Notes under the pieces: model-generated
The model's database searches: none
Seen by the model: the letters and a program-made list of their open reading frames with translations, nothing else
Told to the model about the DNA's origin: nothing
Shown: piece by piece, positions 1 through 13,325 of the stretch
Layout of the letters: every line of letters begins with the position of its first letter
Numbering within the stretch: the first letter of the stretch is position 1
Assembly: GCA_000182565.2 (NCBI GenBank)
Contig: KQ257450.1
Strand: one strand, 5' to 3'
Length of the DNA stretch: 64,000 nt
DNA from: Spizellomyces punctatus DAOM BR117
Lineage: Eukaryota
Made by a program: the position numbers and the translations under genes

Positions 1-433
1 GAGGATTTCATGGTCAGCCGCCGTTCCCGTCCCTTCAGGGCCGCCAGTCACACCAATAAACTCTTTGGCAAAGGAAGGGCGGTCACCAGCAGACACCTTG
101 AAGAGACGACGGGATGGGTCGAGAAAGTGACTGACAAGGCGAAAAACGAGGAATGCTTCTATCGCCAAGACCGACAGAATGCCAAAGAAGAGGCCTTTTA
201 TAAACGAGGAAGTACCCGTTGATGTCGCATGCTGAACCGCCTCTTCTGAAAAGAAGCCTTGCAAGGTCATCCTGTACGTCGCCAGCGGCTACCCTCCATC
301 GCAGAGCTTTGGTGCTGCAAATGCAACTGCCGGTCAAAGTCAATCGTGGATTTAAAGCACGTGCTCGGTGAGATTCGCAATATAAACAAAAGCGATGGCT
401 GTTCATTCGCAAATCTCCGGGAGGTACGCAAGT

Positions 434-910
434 NNNNNNNNNNNNNNNNNNNNNNNNNNNNNNNNNNNNNNNNNNNNNNNNNNNNNNNNNNNNNNNNNNN
501 NNNNNNNNNNNNNNNNNNNNNNNNNNNNNNNNNNNNNNNNNNNNNNNNNNNNNNNNNNNNNNNNNNNNNNNNNNNNNNNNNNNNNNNNNNNNNNNNNNNN
601 NNNNNNNNNNNNNNNNNNNNNNNNNNNNNNNNNNNNNNNNNNNNNNNNNNNNNNNNNNNNNNNNNNNNNNNNNNNNNNNNNNNNNNNNNNNNNNNNNNNN
701 NNNNNNNNNNNNNNNNNNNNNNNNNNNNNNNNNNNNNNNNNNNNNNNNNNNNNNNNNNNNNNNNNNNNNNNNNNNNNNNNNNNNNNNNNNNNNNNNNNNN
801 NNNNNNNNNNNNNNNNNNNNNNNNNNNNNNNNNNNNNNNNNNNNNNNNNNNNNNNNNNNNNNNNNNNNNNNNNNNNNNNNNNNNNNNNNNNNNNNNNNNN
901 NNNNNNNNNN
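434..910. other. Assembly gap (N run)
   Basis: Run of N. Confidence 1.
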
Positions 911-1018
911 ATCAGTCTACGATTAGAAACATTAAAAATTGGCAACTTGAGATAAAAAAAACTAAAAACATTAAACTCCAGCATTCTATGCAACTTGTTT
1001 GGCACAGGCACATCCGCC

Positions 1019-4000
1019 TCATAGTCCCAGGGTTTGCCTTCGCAACACCTCCTTCCCACAAAGCTCCATCATTTCAATAAGTGTCTCGGCTTTAAACGGT
1101 TTTGAGATGTGTCCATCCATTCCAGCTCGTATACAAAGATCCTTATCTGTATCCCTGGCATTGGCAGTTAAGGCATAAATGGTTGGTTGGTGAATGTCCG
1201 GGTCGCTACGTATGAGACGTGTTGCCTCAACCCCAGACATAGTAGGCATCTGCATGTCCTGATGAGGTGAGCGAAAAGATCGATGAGTCTTGCGATTTAC
1301 ATGGAGGTCCAGATGTTCGACAATATACCATGAGAATGAGATCGTATTTCTTCTTTTTGCATGCGTCGACTGCTTCCTGACCATTGCCTGCTATGTCAGC
1401 TGTGTAGCCTAACCTCTGAAATAACCAGAACATCATTCAATAGTCGGTCATACAGATACTCATTCACCTTGATCTACCTGTAACATCCGTAGACATAGCT
1501 TTTGATTAACAGGATTGTCTTCCGCCATTAATATACTCATCGGAAACTTCTCGGCCAATCTCGCCGCCTCTCGCTGGACTTTGACTTCCTCCTTTGTGAT
1601 ATTCGCGGACTCTTCCGAACTACAAACTCTCATCTCTAGCGAAAAACAAAACGTACTTCCGTGCCCCTCCCGGCTCTCAACAGTCAGTTTGCCATAGTTG
1701 GGATCCATCATTTGAACCAGTCGTTGCGAAATAGCGAGCCCCAGTCCTGTTCCCCCGTACTTTCGTGATGTCGAGTTATCAATCTGCGAAAATGGTTTAA
1801 ATAGGAGGTGTCGACGATCATCCGGGATACCAATTCCAGTGTCTTTAATCCGAAAGTGGACGAGAAAGCGGCTTGAATCCAAATGATCATAGTCAATGTT
1901 GACTACTACTTCGCCGTGGTTTGTGAATTTCACCTATATTGGCTTTAGTACCAAAGCACCCCACGTTCAATCACACAGGATAATTGTCCAAACGTACTGC
2001 GTTCCCAATGATGTTCATGAGCACTTGTCTCAATCGATTTCCATCCCCCCACAAGAACCTCGGAGTTCCTACCCGAACGCGGCTGTATAATCCGATTCCC
2101 TTCTCGCTCGCCCGCAAATTCAAAAGATAAATGGCGTTGTCAATGCATCCCAGTAAATCGAATGGGCGATTTTCAAGGGCCATCTTATTGGCATCGATTT
2201 TGGAGAAGTCTAACTTTTTGTTCCTTAGCATCAGCACCAAAGTCCTTGAACCCGAAGGCTAAAACCCATTATACTCACTACATCATTGACGATGAGCAAG
2301 AGACCATCCGCGCAATCGCGAATCGATTTTAGGAGGTCTTTTTGATCATGCGTAAGGGGAGTCTCCCAGAGAATGCTGCCGAGACCAATAATGCCGTTCA
2401 GCGGCGTCCTAATAGAGGGGTGCACCGAAGTTAGTGTCAAAATAAACAATACACTGACATGGTGATCCGATGGCACATTTACCTAATTTCGTGCGAAATA
2501 TTAGCGAGGAACTGTGTGGACAAGACAAATTGGAAGATTAGCGGTGAAATGTGATCGCAGAGAGAGCTAACCTCACCTCCGCCTTGCTCTGTGCTGCCGC
2601 CGCCGCCTGCTGCAAAGCTGAATCCAGTTGTCGGTTCCTTTCTACCAGTGTCAGTTCAGCGGTTTTGCGTTCGTGTATATTTGTCATTGATCCTATCTGT
2701 AGAGACGCACTGTGAATGGTAAGGTTCCATCTTGCTTGTCGGAGAAGTGCCTGGGCTTGATTACAGACCAGAGACGTGGGCAAACCATGTTCATCAAACT
2801 TCACCGCCCGTCCCCGACTTAACAACCAACGATAGTCGCCACTTTTGCACTGCACTCGCATCTCTAGTCTAACCTTTTCTAAACGACCGTCAAAAACTTC
2901 TCGCAAGGTTTCTTCTGCTAGTGACACATCTAAAATGACGGATGTTGTCGAATTTCAGTACAATACTGCCGAGAACCATACTCTTAATAACAGACCGTCT
3001 GGATGCAACAGCTTCATGAATTCGGGCACTGTCCCCACAAGACGGCAAAATTCTTCCTTTGTATATCCCAGTTGCTCGTACATACGCAGCGAAAGGGGGT
3101 TGATGATCTGGTTTGAGTAAATTTCATAGATACCTAAAATGCGAGTGCCATTGAAGCGAGTATTGAATATTAATGAACGAATGAAATAACACAAACCATC
3201 GTCAGTGGTGCTCAAGATTAACCCTGTTCGCGCTTCACTTGCTTTGAGAGAATCAATGTATTCCCGTTCTTCGGAAATGTCTCTACATACTGGACAAATA
3301 TCACGGAATCACGATGTCAGATCAGACACACAAGAGCGAAACGGTTTTGTTTCGGCAGCTTACTATACAAATATCTCTCCGTGCCATCCTGATGGCCGAC
3401 ATAACTAGCTGTGAAGACAATATGCCGTATGGACGATCTTGTTCCAGGTTCCGCATTGCTGGTCCAATTACCATCCGCGGTAAGGTGAACCTTTCGACCA
3501 ACCATAAGCTGCCTGAATGTCAGCGATGAATAGGAGATATTTTACCTCGAGATGCATTTCAAATTCCACAGTCTGACCGGTGTCCTTTGATTTCTTGAAA
3601 GCCAAAGCAACCAAATCTGCAATTGTCAACCGTTCACATAAACCGACACTGGGGGAAAGACCTCTGCAACGAGTAAACGCACCGACATCCTCCTGCCTTC
3701 GGTTATAATCTTTCACCATAGACTTTTGAAATATCTCACTTTCATGGGTCGCTCCATCTACATGAAAACCACAGCTCAGTGGCCTGGTGTCGAAGTATCC
3801 TCAGCACGCCCACCTCAAAACCCACAGTGTTTCATGCCCCGCTTATTCAAATGCAGGTGCATCATATCAAAATGGCATCCGCACCCGGGTGACGGTTTAT
3901 GAGGGTACGCCTCGCATTTTACAGTTTCCAGGATGGCGGATATGCCCTATGGGTGTGAAGTCCAGAATGAGCTATAGATCGGTCGCTTTTACCACGATAC

Positions 4001-4296
4001 TTACCATCCAAACTGGACACTCGTCTACAATGATTCGATGTAACTAATTGCAAAACCGGACACACTGTCAGTTCACCCATCACTTCTGTTTAAAGTCATC
4101 ATACGAACAGAACAACCTTTTCCACATCCCTCAAATCCTGCACAAGTCGTTCAGCACGGCTTCTTTTCTGCGACTCCAGTAATAGGCATATGGCACATAC
4201 AACAAGGAGCGCTCTGTCCCACGACCCGAGCAAGTACTGCAAGGGCCAGATGAGAACCGATATCTGAAGAAGGCGGGAATCACTTCCGGAGAGCAT
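1019..4296 (-). CDS. Hybrid sensor histidine kinase (N-terminal hydrophobic segment, PAS/PAC, HisKA, HATPase, receiver); multi-exon
   Basis: Spliced motifs: PAC-like KSGDYRWLLSRG, H-box FLANISHEI|RTPLNGIIG, N-box RLRQVLMNIIGNA..KFT, G-boxes DTGIGI and GGTGLGLAIS, receiver ILMAEDNPVNQ...DMQMPTMSG...ALTANA...MDGHISKP. Start codon approximate. Confidence 0.93.
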
Positions 4297-5104
4297 GATA
4301 CGAAGGGAGAAGGAGTGGCTTGGTCTCACTTCAAATTGCTGATGTTATGGACCGGAAAGATGGGCGGAGTAAGGGCTAGATTGGTTACGATGTAGCAGGG
4401 CAGCAGAATGGCATATGGCATATGTGCCACTACATCCAACCTAAACGATGGGCCGAACTTTGGGGCCACTCAGTTATCGGATAATTAATTCCGACCCTCG
4501 TGAAATAGGGTATACCCTTTGAAAATGCTCGTAGGCCATCTCGTAACCTCTAAATATTTAAGAAGCGACAAGGGTTGTAGCCCTCCAATCTAGGTATTAT
4601 TGATGGATCGAAGATATTCCAGTTCAAGGAAAACGGAGTGGGAGAACATACCTGACAATTAAAGGCCAACTTAAATACAAATGGATGCCCTGGATGACGG
4701 AATGGTTGCAAGTCGAACACGTTAACAAGCTAGGCGAGGACTTCTCCTTTCCATCTATGGGTTCAGGGTATGCGTATGCACGGCGCAGCATCCATCTGGA
4801 TGAAAGCAGCATATGATCGTCCGCCGTGAGCAGCTTTTGCTGAGAACTCAGCAATGGAATAGGCAAGACTCTCCTCAAATTGCTTTGCAGCATCCATCAA
4901 CATGGACGCGATTTATTGCGCTGGTGTTCCATCCTGCGCTCCACCCCAGCGACTACTGCCAACTCTATTACCCACAATTTTACAGGTGACATAAACTTCT
5001 ATCCTTTTACTAGACGACCTCTACTGGGCTGACAACCTCCATGCTTCCTTGGTTCAAAATAATAACGATAATTCGAAAGGCTCTGAATAATTAATCACAA
5101 CATC

Positions 5105-6800
5105 TTAGACCTTGTTCGGCCCATACAGCTGACCCATTGCCGCTCCAATGTCAATATCCTCCACCTTCTTGTCGGGCTCGTCATCCGGCCTACCGGAGAG
5201 CGGCTGCGTCGTCCTTACTTTTAAATCATCTTTGCCAACCTTCTCGCTCAACCTATCTCTAATATCAGAAAAGTCCTCCGTTGATTCAAATTTTGCTTGA
5301 CTGTACAGATTTCGCTGTGGCATGACCGTAAGCATGAGAACCTCCACAATCAGTGTTGCAATTCTGAGAAGCGCCATGGCAGCCACGAGCGCCGTGAGGA
5401 GGGCGATCATGTCGAATTGACCAATTTGGCCAGCTTGGTCGAATACGAGACGTATCCCGTGCCGGTTGAGGTATGTCAGAGACCCGTCGGGGTTATGTTT
5501 TGTTTCAAGAACTTTGAATTCTGTACCGTCAACTACGGTTGAATTGAAGCAAGGTTACTTCAAGAAAGGTTTGCGATAGGGAGAAGGGTGTGGAGCACTC
5601 ACTTTGGGCGGGGATATAACGATATGTTATTTCTTCTGCTTTTCGGAAGTCGCCGCGATTCTGATAAACGATGGGTACTATGTAGAAACCATAAAGTCAA
5701 GAATACCGCCGAATCCACGCGAACGAACCATATGAGTACTTACTGGATATAACAAATCCAGAATTTCGCAAGGTCTCGCCATTTGCCGCCCCATCCGCCG
5801 TAGCTGGTCCCTCCATATCGATCATTGCCCCCGTGTTATCGCAGTTTGCGCTAATAAGCAAATCTCGGATGGAAAAAGTGTCCAGATGATTTGAGGTATT
5901 ACTATCCCTCCGATAATCTTGATCCCAATTTAAATGAGACAAGTAATTCTTGTCATTTCCTGAGCAGCCCTTCAACATTCTTCCTTCCATTTCTTTTGAG
6001 GGTATAGCGCGCGATCCGAGACCTAGCAAGGATGAATCGTAGTGAACCCGGACACCGTGGTCAACCCGAAGGGTCACGTTTTCGACGTTGGCAATGTAAT
6101 AGGTGGAGACGGTAGTGTTTGTTTGCATCAGTAATTCATCATACGTTGGCGGACGACACGCGGTCTCAAAGTCGGTGCACGACATCGCGGACGGAGTGGG
6201 TGTCCGTGCGATTGTGACCCGTGTTGTGAGGAACACACTTTCGAGTTCGCCATCATAGGGAAAGACAATCTGCTGAGCTGTCCATCTCAAACAGTTTTTG
6301 AAAATGTTATTGGTAGTGACCGGAGGTGCAATGTTGCAGTATGAAGGTAAAGGTGCGGACAAATTGACGTCGAGTTTCGCACTCGCCCGAACAAACCCTA
6401 GAGCGTAATTAAGGAGATTATTTGGAAGCACGTAACACTTTGACTGGCAGCCTACCAGCTACAGGTGGAGACTTTTTCAGATACAGTTCTTGCGCAAATA
6501 TGCTATAGATGATATATGCAAAAATGCATATCACAGATGTGTAATATAGGAGTCCCAAATATCTATCTTTGACCTTGACAACCTTGTAAGTCGTATAGCC
6601 TACCATCACAGGAGCATTAGATAAATATCAGATGCATTTGATCTCCATTGCTTCTCATTACGTACCGAAAAGAACATCCGGACTAATTTCATCAGAAGTA
6701 CGATAACAAAACGGCTGGTAAGGGCATGAATCCAATGTACGGAAAGCGAATAATGATTCAACTCTTACTCGACTGTTCGTAAGCGACTAATATAAGAGCC
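5105..6800 (-). CDS. P2X receptor-like trimeric cation channel; multi-exon
   Basis: N-terminal DVLFG-YTTYKVVKVKDRYLG (YxTxK motif) followed by TM1, an ectodomain with several Cys, RHGIRLVF...GQIGQFD, TM2 (IALLTALVAAMALLRIATLIVEVLML) and a YSQAKFE (YxxxK) tail. 5' end uncertain. Confidence 0.85.
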
Positions 6801-7383
6801 CATCCTTCGCTTCTCAGACAATCCCCGAACAAACGCTCAAGGTCGAAGTGGTCATGAAGGAAGGATACGCATCCCCGACGATAGTGCGGCGCAGTCATAG
6901 ATGCATACGTAAGCTCATGATAAGAACGCTAACCTTAACTGCCTTCAGTTGATGTGAACGGATCCTGCTCCTGCTACCATGCTATTCTCATAAGTCACAT
7001 TGGTTATGTCGTTTAAAGTTGCCATGATGTAGGATCCCATCTTCTACCTCTAGCCAGAGTGTGACGCCGTCAGATGAGTCAACGGTCCACTGCACTGCGA
7101 CAACCAAGGTCTTTCCTCCTACATCCAATCAATCTTCTTGTTCTGGAGTTGGTGGACATATGGAGGACGAATGAAATACGATGACAGCCGATCTTTAATA
7201 ACACGATTTCACTAACATAGGATAAACCTCGTTAGCAACCGTTGTAAAAAGACTTTGGTCTTCTTCTGCATGACATGGATATCCCGATAGATCACCGCTA
7301 CTTCACGTGAAGTAGAAGAAAGCTGTATCGTCTCTCCATCAAACAAAACCAAGAGCAGCATTATGCACCACCGTCGCCCCCCC

Positions 7384-7483
7384 NNNNNNNNNNNNNNNNN
7401 NNNNNNNNNNNNNNNNNNNNNNNNNNNNNNNNNNNNNNNNNNNNNNNNNNNNNNNNNNNNNNNNNNNNNNNNNNNNNNNNNNN
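7384..7483. other. Assembly gap (N run)
   Basis: 100 N preceded by a poly-C run. Confidence 1.
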
Positions 7484-8389
7484 TACGAAATGGGAAGAGC
7501 AGAAGAAGCAGGAAAGGCCAATCTTGCCCGATCGTACAGCCTTGTCAATCATATCGATGTGGCAAGAGCAGAGTACATAGAATACGTTGTGCATCCAAGC
7601 TCTCAGCTTGGACATGAATACGGTTTGGTGCTCATCTGTATCACTTTACATATTACATCTGTATTGTCTCAAATATATAGACAATCGGCTCTGTCTGCCA
7701 TCCTTGGAGCTCCGTTCAATCAACGAGGGAGGAGCAGAGGTCTGGCGGAGTCCCCAGCTATGAGATCAACTGCTTACCTAATACCGATCGGGTGCTTACG
7801 AGGCTCATCACCGCCTGCCAAGTAGTTACTAAGATTTACCCTAACGTTTTCTAAACAAGGTCGATTAATCTTTCAGACAAAAGGTAGCTATACGTAACAG
7901 GGCTGGCCTGTTATTTATTACGACCTCGATGTCAGGTAGGAATCAAGCTCAGGACGGAACTTTTGGCTTGCCTTGGTTAGGAGATAACCACAATGGAACA
8001 TCAATTGCAGCTTATTTGTTTTACTTTGTTCTCATCTTTCTTCACGTAGATGGTATAATTTCAGCTGCGCTGCTTTCCATATTAATCATGAAAAGATTCT
8101 ACAAGTTATGCAGCCGCAAATTGAATATATCCATGGACACCGAGGCTGTCTGTCAGGAAAACTCTATGAGTATTTGATTAAAAGAGCTCACTAGCCGAAG
8201 AGCTTTGGTAGATTTATATCAGACAACAAAACATTTTGACGAACGACGCCTCTTGTAGAATGGACAGTACAGTGCTGCCGCGTTCTGATCTACAGTGCCA
8301 TTTATAGCATGTTAGGGGTTTACACTGCGCATGCAAAGTTCTTGGTACATTCTGATACATCTCTAACTAATTCTACCAAAGTACACATT

Positions 8390-9213
8390 NNNNNNNNNNN
8401 NNNNNNNNNNNNNNNNNNNNNNNNNNNNNNNNNNNNNNNNNNNNNNNNNNNNNNNNNNNNNNNNNNNNNNNNNNNNNNNNNNNNNNNNNNNNNNNNNNNN
8501 NNNNNNNNNNNNNNNNNNNNNNNNNNNNNNNNNNNNNNNNNNNNNNNNNNNNNNNNNNNNNNNNNNNNNNNNNNNNNNNNNNNNNNNNNNNNNNNNNNNN
8601 NNNNNNNNNNNNNNNNNNNNNNNNNNNNNNNNNNNNNNNNNNNNNNNNNNNNNNNNNNNNNNNNNNNNNNNNNNNNNNNNNNNNNNNNNNNNNNNNNNNN
8701 NNNNNNNNNNNNNNNNNNNNNNNNNNNNNNNNNNNNNNNNNNNNNNNNNNNNNNNNNNNNNNNNNNNNNNNNNNNNNNNNNNNNNNNNNNNNNNNNNNNN
8801 NNNNNNNNNNNNNNNNNNNNNNNNNNNNNNNNNNNNNNNNNNNNNNNNNNNNNNNNNNNNNNNNNNNNNNNNNNNNNNNNNNNNNNNNNNNNNNNNNNNN
8901 NNNNNNNNNNNNNNNNNNNNNNNNNNNNNNNNNNNNNNNNNNNNNNNNNNNNNNNNNNNNNNNNNNNNNNNNNNNNNNNNNNNNNNNNNNNNNNNNNNNN
9001 NNNNNNNNNNNNNNNNNNNNNNNNNNNNNNNNNNNNNNNNNNNNNNNNNNNNNNNNNNNNNNNNNNNNNNNNNNNNNNNNNNNNNNNNNNNNNNNNNNNN
9101 NNNNNNNNNNNNNNNNNNNNNNNNNNNNNNNNNNNNNNNNNNNNNNNNNNNNNNNNNNNNNNNNNNNNNNNNNNNNNNNNNNNNNNNNNNNNNNNNNNNN
9201 NNNNNNNNNNNNN
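8390..9213. other. Assembly gap (N run)
   Basis: Run of N followed by a poly-C run. Confidence 1.
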
Positions 9214-9426
9214 TTCCCCCCCCCCCCCCCCCAGCCAAGGTCTATTCTATGACAAATTTCCAACGCAAGAGTTTATACATGAGATATCTTTGCAAAAGAA
9301 AAGCGGATGAGAATGCCAAAGTATACATGCTGCATACAAGAGATATGAAAGGTATACGAAGTAGATATACACACATTCCCCAATACGTAAATCGCACAGG
9401 CAGTGGGATATAAATATTCTTTATCT

Positions 9427-10936
9427 TCAAGGAAGTCTACGAGTCGCCGGGCGTCTGATACGACGCGGAGGTAGAGTAGTTGAAGAGGAGGAAGTGGTTG
9501 TTTCGGGATGAACCTGACGTCGACGCTTCGGGTGACGACCGACCGTCTCGTGGGCAGACTCTACTCGGCTTTCTTCAATCTCTTCATCTCGGTGTCGTTT
9601 CTTGCCGCGTGTCAGAGGCGATGGCGATCGGCGAATGCGGGTTGACCGGGCGGTACGACGCGGCAAAGCGATAACGCGTTCAGCAGTATTGCTCGAGGAT
9701 GAGTCCTCATCATCAGCATTATTTTCATCCTCGTTATCCGTATCAGGATCATTACTCAGTTCTTCGTCGCGTTTAGCCATGCGTTGCCGGATGCCTGCAT
9801 TATAGTCTTCGTTTTCCGTCGCGATTTCGTATCGGCAGGACGGGCAGGTACAACTCGTCTTGAGCCAGGTGGAAATACAGCCTCGATGAAAGAGATGATG
9901 GCAGGGCATGCGCAGAATTTCCTCGTCAGGTGGGAGTGGATCCGTAGTAAGGGTGTGGGCGATGAAATCCTCTTGGCAGATGGCGCATAACTTGTGTTTC
10001 TCCCGTCTCCGTTCGGATAAGTATATCACTGGTAAGCCGGAAATTGCAATGTCGCTTGCGGGAGGTTGACCTTGCAAATGAGGTGGGTTGGAGTTTAAGC
10101 GTTCAAGGAGCATGCTCTGCATTATAGGAAAAGACGATCCGATTAGTAATCGCTAAAGAGGACGGCAACACAGAGATGGCAACATGCCAACCTACCAACA
10201 ATAGAATGGGAAGATTTCCTGTCCGATCCTCCTCCTCTTCGTTGACTCCACCTTGTCGTGATGCATTGCGTCTTTCCCGTAGGGAGCGTGGCCAAAATAA
10301 CACCGAATGACCATCCGGTAACCGCCCACCATTTTCCCCCGAGATGTAAAAGGTCAGGGTAAAGGTATGGGGTTGATCCGCTGGAACCTGCCCTGTCTCG
10401 TCCGAAGCGCGGGGTTCACCGGTAGGTGTAGTACTGCTTTCGTTTGGATTGCTCTCATTGTTGGAGGTGCCCTGGTCCGAAAGATGGAGATGAAAGTCGA
10501 AAGTTGGTATGTTATCAGGGGCTGTTTCTTGAGGGTTTACTGCGGAAAGCTCAGGCGGAATAGGCGGAAAATCTGGTGGCAGATTTCGCAGTGTTTCCCG
10601 ACGGCTGGCTCTTTGGGCTCTGGCGCTAGCAGCTGGGTTGCTACGGGCAGTTCCATCTTCCGTCATTGCACCACTCAGAGCGCCCAATCCCGAAAGGCGT
10701 GGAATAGGATGAAAAAGGACGCGAGAGCGAGGCGCTATGGAAATACCGCTGCCAAACGATGTTCTGGAAGGATGTGGACCAGATGTGTTTACCGGAGCAT
10801 CTCCCTCGGCATCCTCAATTTCCCCCCACAAGCGTGCTCTTTCCAACGGCCTACTTGGATTCTCAGAACCTGAGGTGCTGCTGTTACTGCTGTCGTGATT
10901 GTTATCTATATTGTTTACGTGGTTGTTATCCGACAT
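9427..10936 (-). CDS. RING-H2 E3 ubiquitin ligase-like protein; two exons
   Basis: CAICQEDF...MPCHHLFHRGCISTWLKTSCTCPSCRYE, preceded by a PPAS..AI..LP motif. Low-complexity N-terminus and acidic/basic tail. Confidence 0.88.
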
Positions 10937-11450
10937 TTGCGTGCGTGCGTGTGAGTGTGATGAAATGCGAGATTTGATAAGAAACCAAACAAGAGGAATT
11001 CCCAAAGAGAATCCTTTCAAGTTATGTGAAAATGAGAAAGATGGAATGAGACAGAGATGAAAGGGCCGAAGTGGAAGAGCAACCTGCTTTTACGTGAGGA
11101 TTAAACTGGTGAGCAGTTGGCCAATGGGGGGAGCTTTGACTGTTAAAAAGGGCTTCCCGGGTTATCTCCGCCGTCCCCCCCCCACTGTCAAACTCCCCAA
11201 CCACGACACATGACTGCGCCGCCAACATCACGTAATGCACACATTCGTCAGCCATGCTGCGCCACATGACTGCGCAATTGATTTTGAGATGGATTTTGGA
11301 AGGTCTGATTGGGAAGACAGATCTTGATGTGCTTTACCACATAGGTACCTGCTGGACGTTAGGGATTCTGCTTAGAAATGCCCGTTTTCCTGACGGAAGC
11401 CATCAGGTATGGCGCTCATCAAGCTTTTTAAATGGAAAATTGTAAGTAAT

Positions 11451-12464
11451 CTATTCTAATGCGCTCAAGGTCCATCCGTCGGTTCCTCCCTCCAACAATC
11501 TGTTCAAACTTTCATCGCACGGCCTAGCTAGCGTGACTTCCTGGAAAACCTCTGACACTGTCACCTCGTGAAACCCAAGTTTGTCTTTAAACAATACAAG
11601 ACTTGGTGTATTATTTAATGAGATCTTTGCTGTGAATGTCGTGACATGCAACGAAGTAATAGCTGCAAAAGAGGATTAGATGCGTTGAGACAGTTTACAT
11701 TCACGTATTTGCAGCCTACCGTATCGCATCATTAGCATGGCCGCTTCTATGCCCAGCCCTTGTCTACGCGCAGATGGTTCTGTCGGGTGTCGTTAGACGA
11801 CGGGCGAGATCGGCGGAGATGGGGCTTGGCACTCACCAGCAACCATCAATTCCAGCTCCGCACTTTGGGGATCATCGTGGTCGTTAAAGAAAAGGTTGAC
11901 ATCTCCTACCATACCTGAACCATCACAAAAGATTGGGTTACATGTTTGAATGATTGAAACTTGTGAAATCCATGGAACAGACCACCCCATATGCCAGTGC
12001 TTCCAACACGGTTGCCCTCAAACACTGGTGAAAGCAAGATAAAGGTGCATTCTAACGGAAAGATATAAACGGAGGCGTTGATATAGATTTCAAACTCGCT
12101 AGCCAAATACCATATAAAACCCACCAAACTACCCACTTTTTTCATCTTCAAACCAAGACTTTTGCATATCATACTCTTCTTCCAAAGTCAGAGGTTCTGA
12201 TGCCGTCATCTCTGTGTCCTATTTCAGTCAATGCGCGCTCTTATGGCGAGATGCATGGGGCAGCACCCCCTCTCACCTTGCAGAAAAGGATCCGTCATCC
12301 ATGTGTGGTAGATCTCCACATGCTCAGGTTTGTATGGAACGAGAACAACTTTTTGGCCTACGTGACGACGAGTGTGGCATTGTTGTATGTGCTGTTGCAA
12401 GAGCGATGCAGTGGAAGGAAAAGAAAGGATTACCTTTTATGACCACATTGCTGTTTGCCTTCAT
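11451..12464 (-). CDS. NAT9: GNAT acetyltransferase, NAT9-like; multi-exon
   Basis: MKANSNVVIKG|QKVVLVPYKPEHVEIYHTWM..., TASEPLTLEEEYDMQKSW, MVGDVNLF, AELELMVAE, FTAKISLNNTPSLVLFKDKLGF..SEVFQEVTL. Confidence 0.85.
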
Positions 12465-12563
12465 GCTTTGGGTCGCAAGACGGTGCCGATCGCGTCGCGC
12501 GATCTGGGGCTCTTTGACCACTGCTCTGTCCTTTCACACTCTGCGGATTTTCCACCGTTTTTC

Positions 12564-13325
12564 ATGCTGCGAATCTTGTTTTCGAGGCGAGCATTTCTAT
12601 CTCCTGGAATTCGATATACTGCCCACACGTACCAGCCAAGCCTACGCAGCAGCATGTCAAGTCCACCCATCCACCACCCAGAAATTGCCGCCATGCGGAT
12701 AAACTACACCCAACCAACACTAACAGAATCCCAGCTCGATCCCAACCCAATTACTCAGTTTGAACGGTGGTTCAACGAGGTCAAATCCTCTGGAACAATC
12801 CGCGAACCCAACGCAATGGCCCTTGCGACATCGTGTCCGACAACAGGTCGTCCATCCTGTCGTATGGTGCTGTTCAAAGACGTTGACGAGACTGGGTTGG
12901 TCTTTTACACCAATTATGAGTCTCGCAAGGCACGGGAATTGGATGCCAACCCTTTTGCTGCTTGTACGTTCTGGTGGGGTGAGCGATCGGTGCGTGTAGA
13001 GGGTAAAGTAGAGAGAACATCAGCCGACGAGAGTGATACCTATTATAATTCTAGACCAAGGGGCAGTCGACTGGGAGCGTGGGCGTCCCCGCAAAGTAAA
13101 GTGCTAACTGGCGGACGGGCAGAATTGGAGCAACATGAGAAGGACATACAGGAACGGTTCAAGGATGTAGAGGATGTGCCACGACCGGAACATTGGGGTG
13201 GTTATAGAGTGATACCGGATAGAATCGAGTTTTGGGCAGGGAGACCTTGTAGGCTACACGATAGAATCGTGTATACAAGACATTCATCCGATTCAGAATG
13301 GTCGGTCCTTAGATTAGCTCCCTAG
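12564..13325 (+). CDS. PDX3: Pyridoxamine/pyridoxine 5'-phosphate oxidase
   Basis: Single exon with EPNAMALAT, PSCRMVLFK, FYTNYESRK, SRPRGSRLGAWASPQS, RPEHWGGY, IEFWAGRPCRLHDR and RLAP terminus. Confidence 0.97.
   Translation: MLRILFSRRAFLSPGIRYTAHTYQPSLRSSMSSPPIHHPEIAAMRINYTQPTLTESQLDPNPITQFERWFNEVKSSGTIREPNAMALATSCPTTGRPSCRMVLFKDVDETGLVFYTNYESRKARELDANPFAACTFWWGERSVRVEGKVERTSADESDTYYNSRPRGSRLGAWASPQSKVLTGGRAELEQHEKDIQERFKDVEDVPRPEHWGGYRVIPDRIEFWAGRPCRLHDRIVYTRHSSDSEWSVLRLAP

Noticed and set aside
1-433. Short ORFs before the first gap
   Set aside because: No recognisable motif; truncated by the window edge and the gap
4372-4593. CTAGATTGG / CCAATCTAG inverted pair upstream of the histidine kinase as a MITE
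   Set aside because: Only ~9 bp, no target duplication or second copy
259-9310. Long ORFs running through N gaps (259-1080, 395-955, 8309-9310 etc.)
   Set aside because: Artefacts of N being translated as X
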